A DNA stretch of 62,625 bases, filler included. It is 6 parts of 6 records of this genome, joined end to end, with 100 filler letters (N's around TTAATTAATTAA, not from the genome) between each part and the next. Parts side by side here need not be neighbours in the genome. Positions count along the whole stretch, not along the records: positions 57,624 to 62,625 come from SRR31156797_2733; 5 more parts are not named here. One strand, written 5' to 3'. Positions 58,073 to 62,625 of the stretch are shown here, in pieces. A program made the translations under genes and the position numbers. The first letter of the stretch is position 1. Each line of letters begins with the position of its first letter. The notes beneath the pieces are model-generated. The model worked only from the letters and a program-made list of their open reading frames with translations, made no database searches and had not been told where the DNA came from.

Positions 58073-59194
58073 CTAAATATTTTTAAGTGCCTCAGCATTC
58101 GTTACTTTAGAGTCACAATAAATATAACCGGCAAACATAGCTGTAATTGGCGCAACCAAAACTAAACCTATACTTCCTATTACCGTACGCATAATTTCAG
58201 CAGATATAATCTTCATATTTAATATTTGAGCGACTCCTGTACCTTGTTGATAAAATAGCATGATAAGTGTTAAATAACTCCCTGAATAAGCCAGTAGAAG
58301 TGTAGTCGTCATAGTTCCTATTACTGACTGCCCTACATTAAATCCTGACTTAATAAGAGCCTCTCTTGTCATCACAGGGTTATTTACTATTACTTCTTCC
58401 ATAGAAGCAGCAACGTCCATTGCAATATCCATTGCCGCACCTGATGCTCCTATCAAGATTGCACTATAAAATATTTGCTTCATATTTAATGACATTCCAC
58501 TTCCAAAAAACAATGTTTGCGAAAAAGGTTCTGTCATCCCCTGTAATCTGAATATTTCGCCGAATATAAAAGTTATTATTACAGTTGAGATCAAACCAAA
58601 CATTGTACCACAAAATGCAGCATATCCTTTTCTGGTAAATCCTGCTACACTAAACACTATTAATGCTGTTAAAAGTCCAAGTGTTAATGTTGTAATTAAT
58701 ATTGGATTGTATCCTTTAAATAGGAGAGGAATTAATATTTTCCAAATGATACCTACACTTCCTGCAAATGATAACAAGGCATAAGCTCCGGTTGCTCTTG
58801 CATAAACAAGCAAACAAATAACAAAAACAAGCATAAGCAAGGCTGTTGCTTTATCTCTGTAAAGGGATAATGGTTTTCCAAATATTTTCCCGTTATTTTC
58901 AAAAACACCAAGTAAAACTTTATCATTAAGTCTATATATTTCATCAAATTCCATATCACCAATTAGATTATTGTTGGCTGTAATTATTTTCCCTTTTTTA
59001 TCTCCCGTTAATATTTCTAATTTTAAGTTTTGTCCTCCAAGTACAGCTTTACCAGCTGTTATAAGTTCTGTATTATCTAAATCAATTATTTTTCCAACTG
59101 CCTGACCACTTTCTAATCTATTCTTATTATAAGCATGTAAACCTAACAGTGTAAATGATAATAAAATTAATAAGATCGTTATAAATTTTTTCAT
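58073..59194 (-). CDS. YibE/F family membrane protein
   Basis: R...L.L, IGASGAAMDIAMDVA, SGFNVG..VIGTMTTTLLLAYSG, EIMRTVIGSIGLVL. Confidence 0.9.
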   Translation of the reverse strand: MKKFITILLILLSFTLLGLHAYNKNRLESGQAVGKIIDLDNTELITAGKAVLGGQNLKLEILTGDKKGKIITANNNLIGDMEFDEIYRLNDKVLLGVFENNGKIFGKPLSLYRDKATALLMLVFVICLLVYARATGAYALLSFAGSVGIIWKILIPLLFKGYNPILITTLTLGLLTALIVFSVAGFTRKGYAAFCGTMFGLISTVIITFIFGEIFRLQGMTEPFSQTLFFGSGMSLNMKQIFYSAILIGASGAAMDIAMDVAASMEEVIVNNPVMTREALIKSGFNVGQSVIGTMTTTLLLAYSGSYLTLIMLFYQQGTGVAQILNMKIISAEIMRTVIGSIGLVLVAPITAMFAGYIYCDSKVTNAEALKNI

Positions 59195-59220
59195 TATAAT
59201 GTTTCCTCCGTTTATACTTC

Positions 59221-59257
59221 AAAAAGAGCTTTTGACCCTCAACGTCATAAGCTCTTT
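59221..59257 (-). terminator. Terminator-like hairpin between the phosphatase and YibE/F genes
   Basis: Minus strand AAAGAGCTTATGAC-GTTGAGG-GTCAAAAGCTCTTTTT. Confidence 0.55.
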
Positions 59258-59348
59258 CATGATTTCCATATGCAGACTGAAGAAAACTTAATAAAGTGGG
59301 TTTTCTTCGGTCTGCCAAAACAACATCTCTTTTAGTCTTTATATTTTA

Positions 59349-60809
59349 TTATTTATCCAATCCTAATACTTCGAACATCGTATCTGCTAACTCAGTGTTA
59401 TCTTTATATCCACCGAACATCTCAGCTTGTACACCTTCTGCTGATAAAGCTACTTGTGTTGCAGTATGTGCATATGTAGTCCATTGTAAATTAGCTTTTT
59501 CAGATAAGATGTGAGTTGCTTCGATAGCTGCAGGGTTATAGTAACCAGCTACTACTTTACCAGCGTCAGCCATATCCATAGCTTCATTTAGATTTTCTAC
59601 ATCTGCTTCTGATAAATTAAACAGTCCAAAATCATCTGCTAATAAATTTAAGAAAGCGTCTCTGTCACCTTTATATGCTTTTTGTAATTTATCCTCTACT
59701 GACATAGTTGTTTGATCTAATGCTGTCATGTTTAACCAGTAGTTCTTAGCAAATCCCAGTCCCATTCCTCCAGTTTCGTGATCAGCAGCAACTACTATCA
59801 GAGTTTCTTCAGGATGCTCCATGTAGAACTCATAAGCTACTTTTACAGCTTCATCAAGTGCTAAAGTATCTCCTATGTTACCCATAGCATCATTTGCATG
59901 TCCTGCATGGTCAATTCTTCCACCTTCTACCATCATAAAGAATCCAGTATCAGAACCTTCTAATGCCTCTATTCCTTTTTCAGTTAACGCTGCTAGAGAA
60001 GGAACTTTATCCTCCTGAGCTCTGTCAACTTCATACGGCATATGAGTATAAGTTAATGCTGCAAATATTTTTTCATCTTTAGCCGGAGTGTAAGCCATGA
60101 AATCATTTGCCTCTGCTTCTGAGATGAAAGTTTTGTATCCTTCAGCTTCAAATTCAGCTACAATATCTCTTCCATCTTTTCTTTTTGATTTTAATCCTTC
60201 TGTATTATCTTTTGCAACGAAGTGTCTGTATCCTCCACCAGCGTAAAAATCTACACCTGAATCAACAAAGTCTGCTGCAATTTCATTTTCATTGTTTCTG
60301 CTTATGTTATGCGATGCAAAACTTGCAGGAGTTGCATGAGTTAATCTAGTAGTAGAGATAAGAGCTGTTTTCATTCCTTTTTCTTCTGCTGCTTCAACTA
60401 AAGTTTTTACAGGCTGTCCTTCTGGTGTCATAGCTATTACACCGTTATCAGTTTTGTATCCAGTTGCTAATGCTGTTCCTGCGGCTGCCGAATCAGTTAC
60501 TAAACTGCTTGAGCTATGAGTAGTGTTAATTCCAGCTACTTTTAATTCGTTCATTTTTAATTTGTAGTTTTCGTCTTCCATGAAATGTTGAGCATAGTAT
60601 TCAGCAACTTGTCTTTGAGAAGTTCCCATACCGTCTCCAATAAAGTAAAATACATATTTTGGTGCTTTTTCTTCCATCATCGGCTTTTCCATTTTTGCGT
60701 CAGCCATTTGGTCTTTTTTAGCATCTGTCATTCCACATGAAGTGAAAAATACAGATCCAGCTACAACAATTGAAGCTAGTGCAATAAGTTTTTTTGTCAT
60801 TTTGTTCAT
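59349..60809 (-). CDS. phoA: Alkaline phosphatase (lipoprotein)
   Basis: IGDGMG, VTDSAAAGTA (catalytic Ser), THATPA, VEGGRIDHAGH, ADHETGG; lipobox FTSC. Confidence 0.93.
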   Translation of the reverse strand: MNKMTKKLIALASIVVAGSVFFTSCGMTDAKKDQMADAKMEKPMMEEKAPKYVFYFIGDGMGTSQRQVAEYYAQHFMEDENYKLKMNELKVAGINTTHSSSSLVTDSAAAGTALATGYKTDNGVIAMTPEGQPVKTLVEAAEEKGMKTALISTTRLTHATPASFASHNISRNNENEIAADFVDSGVDFYAGGGYRHFVAKDNTEGLKSKRKDGRDIVAEFEAEGYKTFISEAEANDFMAYTPAKDEKIFAALTYTHMPYEVDRAQEDKVPSLAALTEKGIEALEGSDTGFFMMVEGGRIDHAGHANDAMGNIGDTLALDEAVKVAYEFYMEHPEETLIVVAADHETGGMGLGFAKNYWLNMTALDQTTMSVEDKLQKAYKGDRDAFLNLLADDFGLFNLSEADVENLNEAMDMADAGKVVAGYYNPAAIEATHILSEKANLQWTTYAHTATQVALSAEGVQAEMFGGYKDNTELADTMFEVLGLDK

Positions 60810-60851
60810 TTGAGATATTACCTCCGTTTTTTAATTTTGCTTCCAAAACGG

Positions 60852-60904
60852 ATTATACCGCACAGGTGTGAAAAGCTTATTAACTTTATGTAAAAATTCG
60901 TTAA
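60852..60904 (-). promoter_or_regulatory. Pho-box array plus -10 element of the phosphatase gene
   Basis: Minus strand TTAACG, TTTACA, TTAATA, TTCACA at 10-11 nt period, then TATAAT 9 nt downstream. Confidence 0.7.
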
Positions 60905-60992
60905 AAAATTTTTTATATTTTTAATTGTCTACTAAAAAAGTATAGAAAGTTTCCTTATATAAAAACTCAGGATTTTTATATAAGTTTCTACA

Positions 60993-61033
60993 AACATAAA
61001 AAGTTCTGTGAAATTCACAGAACTTTTTATGTT
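60993..61033. terminator. Bidirectional rho-independent terminator
   Basis: AACATAAAAAGTTCTGTGA-AAT-TCACAGAACTTTTTATGTT, perfect 19-bp inverted repeat. Confidence 0.85.
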
Positions 61034-61072
61034 ATCTTAATTATTATTTTTCAGATTTTAAGATTGAATAAT

Positions 61073-61144
61073 TCAAATAATCACTTCTACTACTATTATA
61101 AAAAGGGTCATTAATATCATAGCAGCTAAATATCTTTGATTCAT
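61073..61144 (-). CDS. Small hydrophobic peptide, 23 aa (MNQRYLAAMILMTLFIIVVEVII)
   Basis: GAGGAG RBS, own TTGAAA-16-TATAAT promoter (61224-61251), downstream terminator; below the ORF-track size cutoff. Confidence 0.6.
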   Translation of the reverse strand: MNQRYLAAMILMTLFIIVVEVII

Positions 61145-61434
61145 TTTAACTCCTCTCGAATATATTACTCATAATAAAGTTAAATTCTGAATCCCAATCC
61201 TTACCTCTGATCCCTTATTTATTATTATACTACAATATTAAAATATTTCAACCTTCCTCTGTTCTTTTTTTGAAAAATCATACTCTTTCAGAACGAGTCA
61301 TTCGTTGGAATGACTAATATTTATTGAGCTAAGTAACTATTTGGATATTTTAAAATAAAAATTTGTTTTTTTGTTTTTTTTGTGTTATTTATATAATAAG
61401 GTAACTGACAAGAAAACTCTTATTTAAAAATTTC

Positions 61435-61463
61435 TTGACAAAGAAACCATTTTTTGATATTCT
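61435..61463 (+). promoter_or_regulatory. Sigma70-type promoter of the ilv leader
   Basis: TTGACA, 17 nt, TATTCT with extended TG. Confidence 0.75.
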
Positions 61464-61525
61464 TATAGCAACTAAAGTAATCCTAGTTAACTAGGACACA
61501 ATTTTCGTAAAGGAGTCGGTCACGT

Positions 61526-61633
61526 ATGAGATTAGTTATTATTAGCATTGTTCTCTTAATAGTCTTAATTAATGTCGTAGTCAATACGCTTGCTAATAAT
61601 AAAAATCTATATAAGATCGGTGCTTGTATCTAA
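61526..61633 (+). CDS. ilv leader (attenuator) peptide, 35 aa (MRLVIISIVLLIVLINVVVNTLANNKNLYKIGACI)
   Basis: AAGGAG RBS; 15 of residues 3-19 are Ile/Leu/Val; upstream of a terminator and ilvD. Confidence 0.85.
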   Translation: MRLVIISIVLLIVLINVVVNTLANNKNLYKIGACI

Positions 61634-61721
61634 TCCGTTGTTTAAACCCAGTAAATACTGGCGTTTTGAACTACAACAAGAGTATAAATATGTTATAGTT
61701 GGTCGATATGACTATTAATGT

Positions 61722-61756
61722 AAGCAGCTGATTAAAGGAAATCAGCTGCTTTTTTA
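61722..61756 (+). terminator. Attenuator terminator upstream of ilvD
   Basis: AAGCAGCTGATT-AAAGGA-AATCAGCTGCTT-TTTT. Confidence 0.88.
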
Positions 61757-61816
61757 TATATACTATATATATTAATAATTAATTTAAATAATATTTCAAC
61801 AAAGAGGAGGAGTAAA

Positions 61817-62625
61817 ATGAGAAGTGATAGAATGACAAAAGGTGTTAAAAGAGTTCCACACTTATCTTTACTTAAAGCATTAGGATTAACAGACGAAGAG
61901 ATAGGAAAACCAATTATCGGAATAGCAGGTTCGTTTAATGAAATTGTTCCGGGACATATGCACCTAAGAAGTGTCATAGATGCAGTAAAAGCCGGTGTAA
62001 GAATGGCTGGAGGAATCCCATTAGAATTCAACACTATCAGTATTTGTGATGGATTAGCAATGAATCATGAAGGAATGAAATATTCGCTAGTTACAAGAGG
62101 AATTATCGCTGACTCAGTTGAAGCAACAGCAATGGCTACTCCTTTTGATGGAATGATCATGATACCTAGTTGTGACAAAAGTGTACCTGGTATGTTAATG
62201 GCGGCAGCGAGAGTAAACATCCCTACAGTATTTGTAAGTGGTGGACCAATGCTAGCTGGTAAATTCAGAAATGAAAAAATCGCACTAAGTAACGTATTTG
62301 AATATGTAGGAGAATATGAGCAAGGTAAAATAAGCGATGAAGAATTAAAAGAAGTAGAAAATAACGCATGTCCTACTTGTGGATCATGTGCAGGAATGTA
62401 TACAGCTAATACAATGAACTGTATGACAGAAGCATTAGGTATGGCAATGCCAGGAAACGGAACTGTTCCTGCCGTATATTCAGAAAGATTAAGACTAGCT
62501 AAAAAAGCTGGTTTCCAAATAATGAAAGTTTTAGACGCTGATTTAAAACCTAGAGATATCATGACTAAAGATGCATTTGAAAATGCTCTTGCAGTAGATA
62601 TGGCTCTTGGAGGATCAAGTAATAC
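61817..62625 (+). CDS. ilvD: Dihydroxy-acid dehydratase (runs off the window; absent from the ORF track)
   Basis: GAGGAGG RBS; MRSD...PGHMHL...[15 protein letters not shown]...[14 protein letters not shown]...GGPM...[18 protein letters not shown]. Confidence 0.96.
   Translation, partial: MRSDRMTKGVKRVPHLSLLKALGLTDEEIGKPIIGIAGSFNEIVPGHMHLRSVIDAVKAGVRMAGGIPLEFNTISICDGLAMNHEGMKYSLVTRGIIADSVEATAMATPFDGMIMIPSCDKSVPGMLMAAARVNIPTVFVSGGPMLAGKFRNEKIALSNVFEYVGEYEQGKISDEELKEVENNACPTCGSCAGMYTANTMNCMTEALGMAMPGNGTVPAVYSERLRLAKKAGFQIMKVLDADLKPRDIMTKDAFENALAVDMALGGSSN

Noticed and set aside
61297-61316. Short hairpin AGTCATTC-GTTG-GAATGACT
   Set aside because: Single small stem with no supporting context; it may be a REP remnant but cannot be assigned
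61732-62562. Minus-strand ORFs 61732-62034 and 62065-62562
   Set aside because: Antisense to ilvD, which the track missed because it has no stop inside the window

Overview
The window is six unrelated contigs joined by 100-nt artificial spacers (N-run, TTAATTAATTAA, N-run). (1) 1-10483, Bacteroidota-type: a Crp/Fnr regulator divergent from an Mrp-Mbx/MBS-like complex I relative, with fused antiporter subunits and unusual active-site motifs. (2) 10584-18342, Bacteroidota-type: a TetR-TolC-HlyD-ABC exporter operon. (3) 18443-24750, Clostridia-like: purR-glmU-prs-fba and two membrane proteins. (4) 24851-39719, high-GC, deltaproteobacterial-like: ftsQAZ, radical SAM, nicotinamidase, TPR-ExbBD-FtsB, a CHAT-protease lipoprotein and a partner lipoprotein. 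(5) 39820-57523, Bacteroidota: three Cys-rich lipoproteins around a MauE/DoxX-CxxC gene, then MFS, sfsA, rhomboids, mutL, a PP2C phosphatase, a histidine kinase and part of tRNA-Glu. (6) 57624-62625, low-GC: part of tRNA-Gly, YibE/F, alkaline phosphatase with Pho boxes, a 23-aa hydrophobic ORF, and ilvD with a leader-peptide attenuator; the ORF track misses the last three ORFs. The most striking unexplained pattern is in contigs 1 and 2. Operon gene junctions carry long hairpins built from 6-10-nt tandem repeats, mostly starting at a stop codon. Some are empty and two hold a four-helix-bundle (23S-IVP/Avd-like) gene in the loop, like intervening-sequence cassettes inside mRNAs. Taxonomy and family names come from motif recognition only; no searches were run.
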